Part shown: positions 10,415 through 20,993 of the stretch, one piece after another
Layout of the letters: every line of letters begins with the position of its first letter
Position numbering within the stretch: the first letter of the stretch is position 1
Assembly: GCA_018657495.1 (NCBI GenBank)
Contig: JABHXA010000003.1
Coordinates: forward strand, 146,937-210,936
DNA length: 64,000 nt
Direction: 5' to 3'
Source of the DNA: Fidelibacterota bacterium
GTDB taxonomy: Bacteria; Fidelibacterota; Marinisomatia; SCGC-AAA003-L08; JACNLC01
The notes under the pieces: model-generated
Databases searched by the model: none
Seen by the model: the letters and a program-made list of their open reading frames with translations, nothing else
Told to the model about the DNA's origin: nothing
Position numbers and translations under genes: made by a program

Positions 10415-10690
10415 TTACCACCTACGAGGTTTTGGTCGGGACCTTTCCTCTCTTGGACGGGCTTCGTTAACTTTAACGTCCCGGCCTTTGATTGAGCTTC
10501 CGTCTAATTCTTTTATGGCTTTTTCGCCATCGGCTTGGTTTTCCATTTCTATAAATCCAAACCCTTTAGAGTTTCCAGTTTCTCTGTCTTTAATAATATT
10601 AACGTTCACTACGGCACCAAATGCGCCAAATTGTTCCTGAAGTTCTTCTTCAGTAACTCCGTAAGACAGATTTCCTACATATATTTTCAT
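10415..10690 (-). CDS. RRM (RNP-1) single-domain RNA-binding protein
   Basis: 91 aa. RNP-2 KIYVGNLSY and RNP-1 KGFGFIEM motifs, with a basic C-terminal tail. Confidence 0.9.
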   Translation of the reverse strand: MKIYVGNLSYGVTEEELQEQFGAFGAVVNVNIIKDRETGNSKGFGFIEMENQADGEKAIKELDGSSIKGRDVKVNEARPREERSRPKPRRW

Positions 10691-11222
10691 GTTTTTCCTA
10701 ATCTAAGTTCAATGTGCATTTTCTTGTTGCTTCTATCGAATATTAAAACGCACGAAATTACCGATAGATATTTGCCACGTGTCGGCAAAATTATGAAACG
10801 TTTGTTACCTTTTATTTTTCTACTTGTGTATTTATTGATTGTTGATCAATAACAAAAATAGTAAAAAGGTCTCAAATGAATCGCAGTAATTTACGATAGA
10901 AAGGATACTTTAGTGAAATTAAAACATTTATTCATAGGCCCCCCTCGTGAAATCATCGAATCACAGTGTTAATTCATTAATATTATCCAATATTTAAACG
11001 AATCTCGCCCGTTTATTGTGAGAATTAAACATTTTATTATTATAATTGAATACATTATTCAAAACGATCTAATCAGTCATACTTGAACTAATTCAGGATT
11101 ACCCGATTAATAAATTTGTATGTACGACTGGTAGAGATTATTTGATGAGGGAATAATTACAGGCAACCTGTATTCATAAAATAAAAATGTTTGAGGAAAG
11201 GAGTGTAACTATTAAACTCCAT

Positions 11223-12623
11223 TTACAATTCATAACCAATTTGAAATGAAAGATAATTAATAGATATTGAAGTTGTAAATATAGTTTTACTAAATGGGGT
11301 ATTTAGATTAATATCAATTACTGGGGTAAATTGCATTTCATCCTCACGTATTTTTCTTTCAACCAATCCACTGGCATATGCATCAGTATACCAAATATTT
11401 TCCACCGAATTCCATTCTTCTACATACCAATAATATTGGTATGAGAGATCATACTCAACCATCTTGTAAGTAATTGTTGATCCAATTTCTATGGTCAGTA
11501 ATTTTAGTCTAAGATAGACAGGGGTTGTGATTTTAACTTCTGCTAAGTATATATTGTCTATTGTCACATCATTTGAGATGATGTTAATAATTTCATAATA
11601 TGGGCTAAAATAATTTGGATCTCCGATACTCAAATATTCAAATTGACCTTGGTGAAATTCTGTAAAATTTTTCCCAATAGAAAACATGGACTCAACAGAA
11701 ATATAGGACAGGGGAACTGCAAAAATATTTAACCAATACTTAAACTTAAAACTGCTACCATAAAAGTTATTGGTATTATGACTTGTGAGATTTATTTTAA
11801 TAAAAAAATTGTTATCTCCTGCGTGTGAAATTCTAAAATTGAAATCGGTAGATATATTCGGTCGATATAGAACACTGACTTGGCGATTTGTATAATTACT
11901 ATTTGATAATTGATATTCATATGCTTCAATAAAATATTTGTGAGGTTTAATATTAGTCGATACAAATGGATCTATTAATAAATAAGCATGATTGAATAAA
12001 ATTTTGAAATCAGAATTATGAACAGGTAAATTTGCAATTGAGAATGTTGATAATGCATCTTTGATCTGTATTAATATTTTGGCTTCATAATTATCTCTCA
12101 TCAAAGCATAATCAATATCTGAATTGTATTCCAAATCGGGATCTTTGTGGTAATATTTAGTAACAAGATAATCTACTTGATTTCTATCAGTATTTATAGT
12201 CGTTAGACTTTGATTTTTACCCTCATTAGTTTTTATTAAATTTGATTTATAAATTTTCTTTATCTTCTTTTTAATATAAAAATCCGTTTCAGCCTTCTCT
12301 AATAATTCCATTTCGCTGTGTATCCAATCATTGTAGGCCTTTATTGATTCTGATTCTAATTCAGCTATGTAATTATAATAGAGAGTAACTGAGTCGGGCT
12401 TTGTACCTTCAAATAACAGATCTATGTATTTCAAATAAAAGTAAATCAAATCTGGGTTAACAGAGGCCTTTGTATTTAATCCATGACGGACCATTTTCAC
12501 ATTAGCAGTATATTGTAGAAAATTTTTATGGATATCGTTCTTAAAAACATCGACAATATCATATGAGAATAGTGTTTGAGTGATTAATAAAATAGGTAAA
12601 AATGTTAACAATTTATTTTTCAT
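11223..12623 (-). CDS. Hypothetical secreted protein (N/Y/I/K-rich, beta-rich C-terminal half)
   Basis: 466-aa ORF with signal peptide MKNKLLTFLPILLITQTLFS. I recognise no family motif. It is bounded on one side by a 530-bp AT-rich non-coding stretch. Confidence 0.55.
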   Translation of the reverse strand: MKNKLLTFLPILLITQTLFSYDIVDVFKNDIHKNFLQYTANVKMVRHGLNTKASVNPDLIYFYLKYIDLLFEGTKPDSVTLYYNYIAELESESIKAYNDWIHSEMELLEKAETDFYIKKKIKKIYKSNLIKTNEGKNQSLTTINTDRNQVDYLVTKYYHKDPDLEYNSDIDYALMRDNYEAKILIQIKDALSTFSIANLPVHNSDFKILFNHAYLLIDPFVSTNIKPHKYFIEAYEYQLSNSNYTNRQVSVLYRPNISTDFNFRISHAGDNNFFIKINLTSHNTNNFYGSSFKFKYWLNIFAVPLSYISVESMFSIGKNFTEFHQGQFEYLSIGDPNYFSPYYEIINIISNDVTIDNIYLAEVKITTPVYLRLKLLTIEIGSTITYKMVEYDLSYQYYWYVEEWNSVENIWYTDAYASGLVERKIREDEMQFTPVIDINLNTPFSKTIFTTSISINYLSFQIGYEL

Positions 12624-12721
12624 GGTTTATAACTCGTTATAATAATATATGTTTGTAATTCACCAAGAGAGATTAGCGTGAAAATTAGTATCCTGGCTTG
12701 GTTAAAGAATCTATAGATTCG

Positions 12722-14107
12722 TCACAACACCTGACTCTTAAAAACCATCAATTTCTCCCGGGTCATTTCATGCATAGAATACTGAATCCCTCCCATGCCA
12801 AAACCGGATGAGTCTCTACCGCCAAATGGCATCCAATCTACACGGAAGGCAGTGTGATCATTTACCATTACCGCCGTTGCATTGAGTTTTTTTACACAAT
12901 CTAAGGCAACATCAATATTCTTTGTGTAAACAGCGGCTTGAAAATGGACATCCAAACAATTGGCAATTTTAATAGCTTCTTCACGGTTGGAATAGGAATA
13001 CACACACACAACCGGGCCAAATATTTCGTCTGTTGATACTTTTGCCGAATCCGGTGGGTTTAATAAAACTGTCGGTTCGTAACAGGTGTTTGAAATTCGC
13101 TTTCCCCCACATAATAGTTTCGCACCGCCGTCAATCGCTTCATTGACCCAGTCTTCAACTCTGTCCACTTCCTCTGGTAAAATTAAGGGACCAACATCAG
13201 TGTTTTCATCCATGGGGTCACCGACAACTAATTTCTCAGCCATTTCTACCAGACGATCCGCCACTTCATTACAAATGCATTCGTGAACAAAAACTTTTTG
13301 TACTGACACACAGACTTGGCCGGCATGATAAAAACCTCCCTTTACCAACGCTGGAAGCATATCCTCCACGTCTGCATCTTTCTCGACAATAACGGGAGCT
13401 ACACCACCATGTTCTAAAGCACATCGGGTTCCTGGTGATAATTTGGACTTTAGATACCAACCAACATTTCCAGAACCAATAAAAGAGAAATAATTCACTC
13501 TGTTATCTGTGACTAAATATTCCCCTGTTTTTCTATCACATATTATTGTCTGACACCAGCCATCGGGGAGACCAGCCTCTTTTAAAATTCCAATTAACGC
13601 CAAACATGATAATGGTGTGGTCGATGCCGGTTTTATAATTACTGGACAGCCGGCGGCTATTGCGGTAATAACCTGATGCACAATTAAATTTAATGGGTGA
13701 TTAAATGCACTTACTGAAACAACCACACCAATTGGTTCTCTTGTTGTAAAAGCCAATCTGTTTTCAGAGGCTTTTGTAAGACCCATTGGAATTTGCTCAC
13801 CCTTTAATTGACCAATATGCTCTATAGCTATCTTGACACCATTTATTGCACGCAGCACCTCAACCCTAGAATCAATGAGGGGTTTTCCGCCTTCTTGGGC
13901 AGCCGTTTTTGTTAGCTTATCAATCCGCGTTTTCATAATTTCTGCAGTACGTTCCAAAATGGCAATGCGCTGATGAGCCGGGAGCCAATTTGATTGATCG
14001 AGAAATAAATTGTATGCTGTTGTCAAAGCATCTTCTGCCTCTGCTTTTCCAGCTAATGGAATTTCTTTTATGAGACTCAAATCGTATGGTGATTGTATTT
14101 TTATCAT
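12722..14107 (-). CDS. NAD(P)-dependent aldehyde dehydrogenase family protein
   Basis: 461 aa. ALDH motifs FNHPLN, ALEHGG (ELGG-type), the catalytic Cys in GQVCVS and EIFGPV. Confidence 0.9.
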   Translation of the reverse strand: MIKIQSPYDLSLIKEIPLAGKAEAEDALTTAYNLFLDQSNWLPAHQRIAILERTAEIMKTRIDKLTKTAAQEGGKPLIDSRVEVLRAINGVKIAIEHIGQLKGEQIPMGLTKASENRLAFTTREPIGVVVSVSAFNHPLNLIVHQVITAIAAGCPVIIKPASTTPLSCLALIGILKEAGLPDGWCQTIICDRKTGEYLVTDNRVNYFSFIGSGNVGWYLKSKLSPGTRCALEHGGVAPVIVEKDADVEDMLPALVKGGFYHAGQVCVSVQKVFVHECICNEVADRLVEMAEKLVVGDPMDENTDVGPLILPEEVDRVEDWVNEAIDGGAKLLCGGKRISNTCYEPTVLLNPPDSAKVSTDEIFGPVVCVYSYSNREEAIKIANCLDVHFQAAVYTKNIDVALDCVKKLNATAVMVNDHTAFRVDWMPFGGRDSSGFGMGGIQYSMHEMTREKLMVFKSQVL

Positions 14108-14315
14108 AATATTAGATTTTTGTTTTTAAGGTTTTAATGATAATGACTATTGGGCCATGATGCATAGATTATTAGATATTTATTGTAAAGACAAAATTTA
14201 AAAGGAATCAATCATCTGTTTTATAAAAAAACATAGTTTACTATCAGATTTAATTTTTACCTGCCATCAATTAATGTAATCGTCATTTTTCTGTAGTTTC
14301 ATTTATATCTCCTGA

Positions 14316-15956
14316 TTATAAAATACAGGTTTTTTCCTTTAACAATACATTTAGAATGGAATGATTTAGAGAATAATCAATGGCTAAATCGATTACATGA
14401 ACACCCTCTGAACCCAGGCATCTATTCAATATATCCAAGAAATTTTCATCATTTTCCGGTCTATAACCATTGGCACCATAACTTTCGGCATATTTGACAA
14501 AGTCTGGATTTTTGTAATCCAAGCCATAATTCTCAAACCCCATTCCCTCCTGTTTCCATTTTATCATTCCATATGCAGAGTCATTAAGAATTATTACGAT
14601 TACATTTAAGCCAAGACGCACGGCTGTTTCCAATTCCTGGGAATTCATCATAAAACCCCCATCACCACAAACAGAAATTACTTTTTTGTGAGGATTTAAT
14701 AATTTTGCACATAAAGCAGACGCCAAACCTGCTCCCATCGTTGCAAGAGCATTATCCAATAACAATGTGTTTGGTTGATAACATTTATAGTTCCGTGCAA
14801 ACCAAATTTTATAAACACCGTTATCCAATGTTACAATGTCTTCATCTGAAAGATTTTCTCGAATAATGTGCACCAATCTTTGAGGTAAAATTGGAAATCG
14901 CTTATCTTGAGAGTATTTGGTTAAATGGCTTTCAATCTCTGTTTGAATTCTTTGATAATATGATAAATCCCAATTACTGAAATCATTCATGTATTTAGCG
15001 ATTTTTGTAATTGATGTTGCAATATCTCCAATTACATTTAATTGAGGAAAATACACTTCATCCACCTGTGCCTGGAAAAAGTTGATATGTATGACCTTCG
15101 TTCCTCCTTCTTCCATAAAAAAGGGCGGTTTCTCGACGACATCGTGACCGACATTGACAATCAAATCAGCTCTGTTTATGGCACAATGCAGAAAATCATT
15201 ATCGGATAATGCTGCCGTACCTAAAAACTTAGGATTACGTTCATCGATCACACCTTTTCCCAATTGTGTATTAAAAAAGGGGATCCCCGTTTTTTCAATG
15301 AATTCGGTTAAAGCTCTGCTGGTTCTTTTCCGATTAGCGCCGACGCCAATTAACAATAACGGCATTTTGGCATTTTCGATCATTTTTGCTGCTCTCTGAA
15401 TTGTCAGTTCATCGGCATCCGGTCTTCTAAAATCGACCACATCAAATATTCTTTCATCGCAATCCTCAGCGGCAATATCTTCAGGTAATTCTAGGTGTAC
15501 TGCACCCGGTCGTTCTTCCATCGCCAGTCGAAATGCTTCTCTTACCATTGAGGGAATATTATTTCCATTGACAATCTGACGGGCATATTTTGTTATTGGT
15601 CGCAATAAATCAACAATGTCAACAATTTGGAATCTACCCTGCTTTGATTTTTTAATGGGTTTCTGTCCGGTAATCATCATCATTGGCATGGCGCCCAATT
15701 GCGCATAAGCAGCTGGTGTTGTAAAGTTTGTGGCTCCTGGACCCAACGTTGATAAACATACCCCTGGTTTCCCAGTCAATCGACCGTAAGTTGCAGCCAT
15801 AAATCCTGCAGCCTGCTCATGACGAGTAAGAATTAATTTTATTTTCGAATTTCTCATTGAATCCAAAAAATCAAGGTTTTCCTCCCCGGGTATCCCAAAG
15901 ATGTATTCCACTCCCTCGTTCTCTAAAGCTTTAATAAATAATTCTGAGGCTTTCAT
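14316..15956 (-). CDS. Thiamine-diphosphate enzyme, acetolactate synthase (AlsS)-like
   Basis: 546 aa. N-terminal Pyr domain (GIPGEENLDFLD...RHEQAAGFMAATYGRLTGKPGV...GPGATN) and ThDP-binding motif GDGGFMMNSQELETAVRLGLNVIVIILNDSAYG. The C-terminal stretch resembles B. subtilis AlsS (DFVKYAESYGA). Confidence 0.85.
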   Translation of the reverse strand: MKASELFIKALENEGVEYIFGIPGEENLDFLDSMRNSKIKLILTRHEQAAGFMAATYGRLTGKPGVCLSTLGPGATNFTTPAAYAQLGAMPMMMITGQKPIKKSKQGRFQIVDIVDLLRPITKYARQIVNGNNIPSMVREAFRLAMEERPGAVHLELPEDIAAEDCDERIFDVVDFRRPDADELTIQRAAKMIENAKMPLLLIGVGANRKRTSRALTEFIEKTGIPFFNTQLGKGVIDERNPKFLGTAALSDNDFLHCAINRADLIVNVGHDVVEKPPFFMEEGGTKVIHINFFQAQVDEVYFPQLNVIGDIATSITKIAKYMNDFSNWDLSYYQRIQTEIESHLTKYSQDKRFPILPQRLVHIIRENLSDEDIVTLDNGVYKIWFARNYKCYQPNTLLLDNALATMGAGLASALCAKLLNPHKKVISVCGDGGFMMNSQELETAVRLGLNVIVIILNDSAYGMIKWKQEGMGFENYGLDYKNPDFVKYAESYGANGYRPENDENFLDILNRCLGSEGVHVIDLAIDYSLNHSILNVLLKEKTCIL

Positions 15957-16041
15957 TTTTCTAATTCTATTCCTTTTTTATAAACTAATGATTGGTTCTG
16001 ATGTATCACTCTTAATTCTGTTTTCTAATTTGTTGTGTTAT

Positions 16042-16557
16042 TCAAGATGTTTTTTCATTTGAATAAAGCAATAAATCTGTATCGTATATATCCGGATGAA
16101 TTGCTCCTATCTCATGTAATCCAATTTTGTGTAGCAGTTTTTTTGATTTGCTGTTTTCAAAGGTAGTTATCGCAAAAATTGTCTTAATCTGCAAGGCTGA
16201 TAAACCATAGTTCATTGTTTCACACGCTGCTTCGTAAGCATACCCGTTTCCTTCATATTCTGGTAACAGGGCAAATCCTATATCGGCGTGATCTAAAAAA
16301 TCTCGTTTCACAAACCCACACAGGCCAATGGGTTTATCTTCTGCTTTTAATATCATCTTAAATAATCCATAGCCGTTTTTGACATAACTGTCAATTAAAA
16401 CTTTTTGGATATAATCAGCAACCTCTTTCGTGGTTGTTAATCCTCTGTCCCCAATAAATTCTATCCAGCCGGGACTATTTAATAATTCAAGAATAAATGG
16501 ACTATCATCAAGAGTGGCTTTCTCTATTCGAATCCTTTCAGTTTCATATAAAGGCAT
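16042..16557 (-). CDS. GNAT family N-acetyltransferase (RimJ/RimL-like)
   Basis: 171 aa. Acetyl-CoA-binding core with EYEGNGYAYEA and ...NSKSKKLLHKIGL, typical of RimJ-like GNATs. Confidence 0.8.
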   Translation of the reverse strand: MPLYETERIRIEKATLDDSPFILELLNSPGWIEFIGDRGLTTTKEVADYIQKVLIDSYVKNGYGLFKMILKAEDKPIGLCGFVKRDFLDHADIGFALLPEYEGNGYAYEAACETMNYGLSALQIKTIFAITTFENSKSKKLLHKIGLHEIGAIHPDIYDTDLLLYSNEKTS

Positions 16558-16567
16558 GATAATTCAT

Positions 16568-17023
16568 CTATTTTTTGTAATTTTGCTCATATAGTTTTAT
16601 CCAGTCATCCACTGTCATCTTCTGCATTAAGTCACCGATAAGCTGGTAAGGGATTTGATCGATTTTTTTGAATCGGACACAACTTTTCCCCATATCCAAT
16701 TTGTATTTATTATGTTTTGGATATTCATTTACAAACCAGTCATATAATTTTGGATCTGCATATATGCCCATATGATAAAAACCAATAAAATGTTTTTGTG
16801 AAGCGATGTTAACAAATGGTAATGGTAACTGTGGGTCACAATGATATCCATCAGGATAAATACTGTGGGGAACTACATAACCAATCATTCCATAATTTAT
16901 TTGTTCAACAAACCCATCAGGAATATTTGAGAGAATCACTTTTCTGAGTTCTTCAAAATATCTTGTCCGCTCTTCGGGTATTTTTTCTAAGTATTCGTTT
17001 ACAGTTTTGGCCTTTATCTGCAT
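16568..17023 (-). CDS. DUF1801 (YdhG-like) domain protein
   Basis: 151 aa. The N-terminal pattern KTVNEYLEKIPEERTRYFEELRKVILSNIP...YGMIGY resembles the DUF1801 family. Confidence 0.55.
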   Translation of the reverse strand: MQIKAKTVNEYLEKIPEERTRYFEELRKVILSNIPDGFVEQINYGMIGYVVPHSIYPDGYHCDPQLPLPFVNIASQKHFIGFYHMGIYADPKLYDWFVNEYPKHNKYKLDMGKSCVRFKKIDQIPYQLIGDLMQKMTVDDWIKLYEQNYKK

Positions 17024-17059
17024 TTTAGACTTTCTTAAATATTTAAAGTAGGTTGGATT

Positions 17060-18142
17060 CTATATGCTTACCCATGTTCCCTCGTGATGTGATTTCTGAG
17101 CTGCATCAATAATTTCCTGCGTTTTTAATCCATCATAAAAACTCGGTATTGTTTTGGTATTATCTAAAATAGCATCTATGAAAGCTCGTGGTCCTGCTGA
17201 TTGTGACGTAAACGGATCATTGTTTTCCGTTTTATCAAGATTTTTTAGAAATTCACCCGGCACTTGAAGCTCTTTGAAAAACGTATCATTCTTTTGGATA
17301 CCCTTAATTGTGGTGCCCGCCTCTTTTCCAGATAGTATTTGTTTGACTTCAATCGTACCAGAATCGCCATGAAGGATAATGCCAATTTCTGCATTTCTGT
17401 CACCAGTATGGGTGACGGCAGTAACATGTACTAAACCATGAGCTCCGGACTCAAATTCAAGAGTGATGAATGCCGAATCATTGCTGGGAGTAATTGGATT
17501 GCCGTCAATCCCGGGGCGCTTAACTACTGTATTTAGTTGGGCACTTACTCGACTGATTTCACCCATGTACCATCTGGAAAAATCAAACATATGGGCACCC
17601 AAATCACCAAGGACACCATTTGCCCGGCTACCGTCAAATCTCCATAGGTATTCGGGTTGATTACCAAATCCACCGACAAATCTAAACTGCGCTTCAAAGC
17701 AACTGCCCAGATAACCATCATCAATCAAAGTCTTTATATATTTGAAATGCGGCATCCAGCGCCAGGTAAATAGGATCATGTTTATGACGTTTTTGCTTTT
17801 TGCTTTTTGATACATCTCTCTGGCTTGATCGACATTGAGCGCCATTGGTTTTTCGCATAACACATGTAAGTCATGATCAAGGGCATCCATGGTCATTTGA
17901 TGATGCAAATCATCCGGTGTAGAAATGATTATCGCATCCAAATTTGCCTTTTCAATCATTTGACGATAATTGGCAAATATTTGAGGGATATTATATTTAT
18001 CCGCCATCTCAGAGGCCCGATTTTGGTCACGCCCGCAAATGGCAATAATTTCTACAGATTCATGACTTTTTAGGCTTGGTAAAAACATTATCTCCGCCCA
18101 CCAGCTTGTGCCAATGATACCTACCCGAACTTTTTTTGACAT
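17060..18142 (-). CDS. Gfo/Idh/MocA family oxidoreductase
   Basis: 360 aa. N-terminal Rossmann fold VRVGIIGTSWWAE and the EKP motif (LCEKPMA). Confidence 0.9.
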   Translation of the reverse strand: MSKKVRVGIIGTSWWAEIMFLPSLKSHESVEIIAICGRDQNRASEMADKYNIPQIFANYRQMIEKANLDAIIISTPDDLHHQMTMDALDHDLHVLCEKPMALNVDQAREMYQKAKSKNVINMILFTWRWMPHFKYIKTLIDDGYLGSCFEAQFRFVGGFGNQPEYLWRFDGSRANGVLGDLGAHMFDFSRWYMGEISRVSAQLNTVVKRPGIDGNPITPSNDSAFITLEFESGAHGLVHVTAVTHTGDRNAEIGIILHGDSGTIEVKQILSGKEAGTTIKGIQKNDTFFKELQVPGEFLKNLDKTENNDPFTSQSAGPRAFIDAILDNTKTIPSFYDGLKTQEIIDAAQKSHHEGTWVSI

Positions 18143-18177
18143 TGAGGATACCTCTTAAATTTGAAGTTTAGACATTA

Positions 18178-18603
18178 TTATTTCAAAGCAAACCATGCTA
18201 GAACAATAGATAATATTAAAAATATGGGGGAGTAGAGTCTCGTATCCCAATAAGCGAATGGGCTATTTCTAATCTTTTTTGTGAAACCGGCATATTTGAA
18301 GTCTCCAATGGATCTCACTAGAAAAAATCCAGCACAAATTAGTAACATCCTCTTTATAAATATTTTGGGTATAAAATCGATATCTATTACATCGGCAAAC
18401 TCAAGAATTAATATTGATAGGAAATTCAATAGTACCGCAATCAATAATGTACTAAAAGTGCCAGGATTGAATAGCGGTTTGCCATCATTAGTGGGGATGG
18501 CTTTACGAATACCCTTCTCACCACCAAATGCCCAATAGATATGGATTACTGAAATGATAGAGAAAAATATGGTGAGACATATTGCAGGATAAGATTTAGA
18601 CAT
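18178..18603 (-). CDS. DUF3995-like small membrane protein
   Basis: 141 aa with 4 hydrophobic segments. The IHIYWAFGGEKG motif resembles DUF3995. Confidence 0.5.
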   Translation of the reverse strand: MSKSYPAICLTIFFSIISVIHIYWAFGGEKGIRKAIPTNDGKPLFNPGTFSTLLIAVLLNFLSILILEFADVIDIDFIPKIFIKRMLLICAGFFLVRSIGDFKYAGFTKKIRNSPFAYWDTRLYSPIFLILSIVLAWFALK

Positions 18604-18645
18604 TTGTATTAATGCACTTTGGGATTCTTGCCATCCAACAATTAG

Positions 18646-18951
18646 TTATTTATTCGTTTTTGCGTAATCCAAAGATTCATAGATATACGATTCATAATCG
18701 TTCTCAAAATCCAAAGGAATTAGTACCCATTCCTTGAATCGCTTTTTGGTAAAATTAAATTCCATACCAATGCCATTTTCAATGAGTTCATTGACACGAT
18801 CTGGAGATACTTTGATAATTAGGGATTCTTCTTTTTCAAACATCATGGCCATAAAATCTCCCTTATAACGAAGGCATGCAGTCTTCATCATGGTTGATTC
18901 CTCGACGCCGTTTTCGTTTAAGACTTTGGCGGTAGCTTCCAGGTAACCCAT
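18646..18951 (-). CDS. Small hypothetical protein (TfoX-N/YjbR-like pattern)
   Basis: 101-aa ORF on the same strand as its neighbours. There is only a loose pattern resemblance (MMFEKEESLIIKV...KEWVLIPL). Confidence 0.4.
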   Translation of the reverse strand: MGYLEATAKVLNENGVEESTMMKTACLRYKGDFMAMMFEKEESLIIKVSPDRVNELIENGIGMEFNFTKKRFKEWVLIPLDFENDYESYIYESLDYAKTNK

Positions 18952-19196
18952 TTATCGCTCCTATTTTCCTCAAGTGATGAAATATCTCTATATAGAGACG
19001 TCAAAAAATAAGGCTAATCTGTATAAACATTGATTGTGATATTCAATAATATTACTCGCATTAATTAGGTGTTTGTGGTACTTTCGATTTCAGTTTATAG
19101 CACAATGTATTTGAATGTGTGTATTCTTTTATACTGAATTACCTAAATTAAGATTGTTTGTATTTCAATCATCAGCTATGGAAAGATTTTTATCAC

Positions 19197-20375
19197 ATGA
19201 ATAATCTATCAATTTCGTTAACACAATATTTCAGAAATTTTCTGCCAATTTATATATTATTGACATTCTTAGTTGCCGGTGAAAAAGAACCATTAGTCAC
19301 TTTCGAAAGTGATGAAATGTCAATTACAGCTGAATTGGTTGCTGATGGTCTGGGAGTACCATGGGCATTGACTTTTCTCAATCCAGATGAAATATTATTT
19401 ACTGAGCGTGATGGCGACATGGGTATTCTAAATCCAAAAACCAGCAAAATAATTTGGCTGGAAGGTGTGCCTGAAATTAGACAAGATGGGCAGGGTGGTT
19501 TGATGGATGCAGCGGTAAGACCAGGTCACCAATCGGGAGACTGGATTTATTTTACTTATATCAAAGAAACCAAGAATGGGATGGTCACTGCACTGGCCAG
19601 AGCCCATCGATTGGGAAATTATATTGTGGGATGGCAAGACATGTTGGTGACAAAATCAGCAACAAATACGGGTCGACATTTTGGTAGTCGTATTACATTC
19701 GATAATGACGGACATCTCTATTTTACCGTTGGAGAGCGAGGTCATCGACCCAACGCACAGGATTTAACCACTCATGCCGGATCAATCCTTCGCCTAAACC
19801 TGGATGGCAGTGTGCCGAAAGATAATCCTTTCATCAATGTGGATAATACCCTTCCTGAAATATGGAGTTATGGGCATCGCAATCCCCAGGGCATTGTTTA
19901 CGACTCTCAGCATGATCGTCTTTGGTCGATTGAACATGGACCTCGAGGTGGCGATGAAATTAATCTCATTCTGGTTGGTAGAAATTATGGTTGGCCTATC
20001 GTCTCTTATGGCAAGGAATACTGGGGGCCAATATCGGTGGGAGAAGGAACAGAAAAAGATGGAATGGAGCCACCAGTGAAAGTATACATTCCATCCATTG
20101 CTCCCGGTAGCCTGATGCTCTATGGCGGGGATGCATTCCCATCCTGGAAGGGAAACCTTTTTGCCGGATCTCTCATACTAACCCATCTTAACCGGATAAT
20201 TCTTAATGAATCTGGAAAAGCCGTTAATGAAGAAAGATTGTTACTTAAATTGGAAGAGAGAATTCGTGCCATTGTTGAAAGTCCTGAGGGCTGGATCTAT
20301 CTTTCTACGGATAGCGGTAAGATTATTCGGCTGCGGCCATCCAATACTAATTTTCAAAATTCTGGCAACAAATGA
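19197..20375 (+). CDS. PQQ-dependent soluble sugar (aldose) dehydrogenase, YliI/sGDH-like
   Basis: Beta-propeller motifs GSRITFDNDGHLYFTVGERG, HRNPQGIVYD and EHGPRGGDEINLI..GRNYGWP. An N-terminal signal follows the ATG at 19197; the ORF track starts at a TTG at 19158. Confidence 0.85.
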   Translation: MNNLSISLTQYFRNFLPIYILLTFLVAGEKEPLVTFESDEMSITAELVADGLGVPWALTFLNPDEILFTERDGDMGILNPKTSKIIWLEGVPEIRQDGQGGLMDAAVRPGHQSGDWIYFTYIKETKNGMVTALARAHRLGNYIVGWQDMLVTKSATNTGRHFGSRITFDNDGHLYFTVGERGHRPNAQDLTTHAGSILRLNLDGSVPKDNPFINVDNTLPEIWSYGHRNPQGIVYDSQHDRLWSIEHGPRGGDEINLILVGRNYGWPIVSYGKEYWGPISVGEGTEKDGMEPPVKVYIPSIAPGSLMLYGGDAFPSWKGNLFAGSLILTHLNRIILNESGKAVNEERLLLKLEERIRAIVESPEGWIYLSTDSGKIIRLRPSNTNFQNSGNK

Positions 20376-20378
20376 TGA

Positions 20379-20993
20379 TTATTTTTTACGGTTGAAATGG
20401 TATACCAGTATTCCCGTAATCTCAAACGCCTTTGTGTTATATGAAGGATAATTCCCATCTGAAAATATTTGTCTGGTTCCGGAATATTTATATTGTCTCA
20501 TTGAAAAATTAATCGCCCAGTTATCAGCTGTTTTTAAAATGATACCAGCCAAAATGGTTATGCCATCACCAGTATGATCATAGACATACTTAGTCCAATT
20601 TATAGAATTATAGCTGAGTCCAATTCCCAGATAAGGTATGCTATTTTCCAATTGATTAATATTTCGAAATTGATACTGGTATGATAATGTAATACTGCTA
20701 AAATCAGCTGAATCCTTGGGGTAATAAATATCATATGTCGGGCCAACATCTAATCCTGCACCACCACCGGCAAACAACTCGAAAACATGACTTCGATTTC
20801 GAATACCCATAATTAGAGATATTCCCAGGAATGATTGATCATCTATCGAGGGATGTTTACTTTTTACAGAAAAATGGGAGAGGCCCAGTCCAATATATTT
20901 TACTTCGTTATTTTGAATATCCAGAGTCTGACTGAATAACTGTGTATGAAAAATAATTAATACTACTAATATTTTTATTGAAATTTTTACCAA
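20379..20993 (-). CDS. Outer-membrane beta-barrel (porin-family/OmpW-like) protein
   Basis: 204 aa. Signal peptide, alternating beta-strand pattern and an aromatic-rich C-terminal strand GILVYHF. TTG start with GGAG 8 nt upstream. Confidence 0.55.
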   Translation of the reverse strand: MVKISIKILVVLIIFHTQLFSQTLDIQNNEVKYIGLGLSHFSVKSKHPSIDDQSFLGISLIMGIRNRSHVFELFAGGGAGLDVGPTYDIYYPKDSADFSSITLSYQYQFRNINQLENSIPYLGIGLSYNSINWTKYVYDHTGDGITILAGIILKTADNWAINFSMRQYKYSGTRQIFSDGNYPSYNTKAFEITGILVYHFNRKK

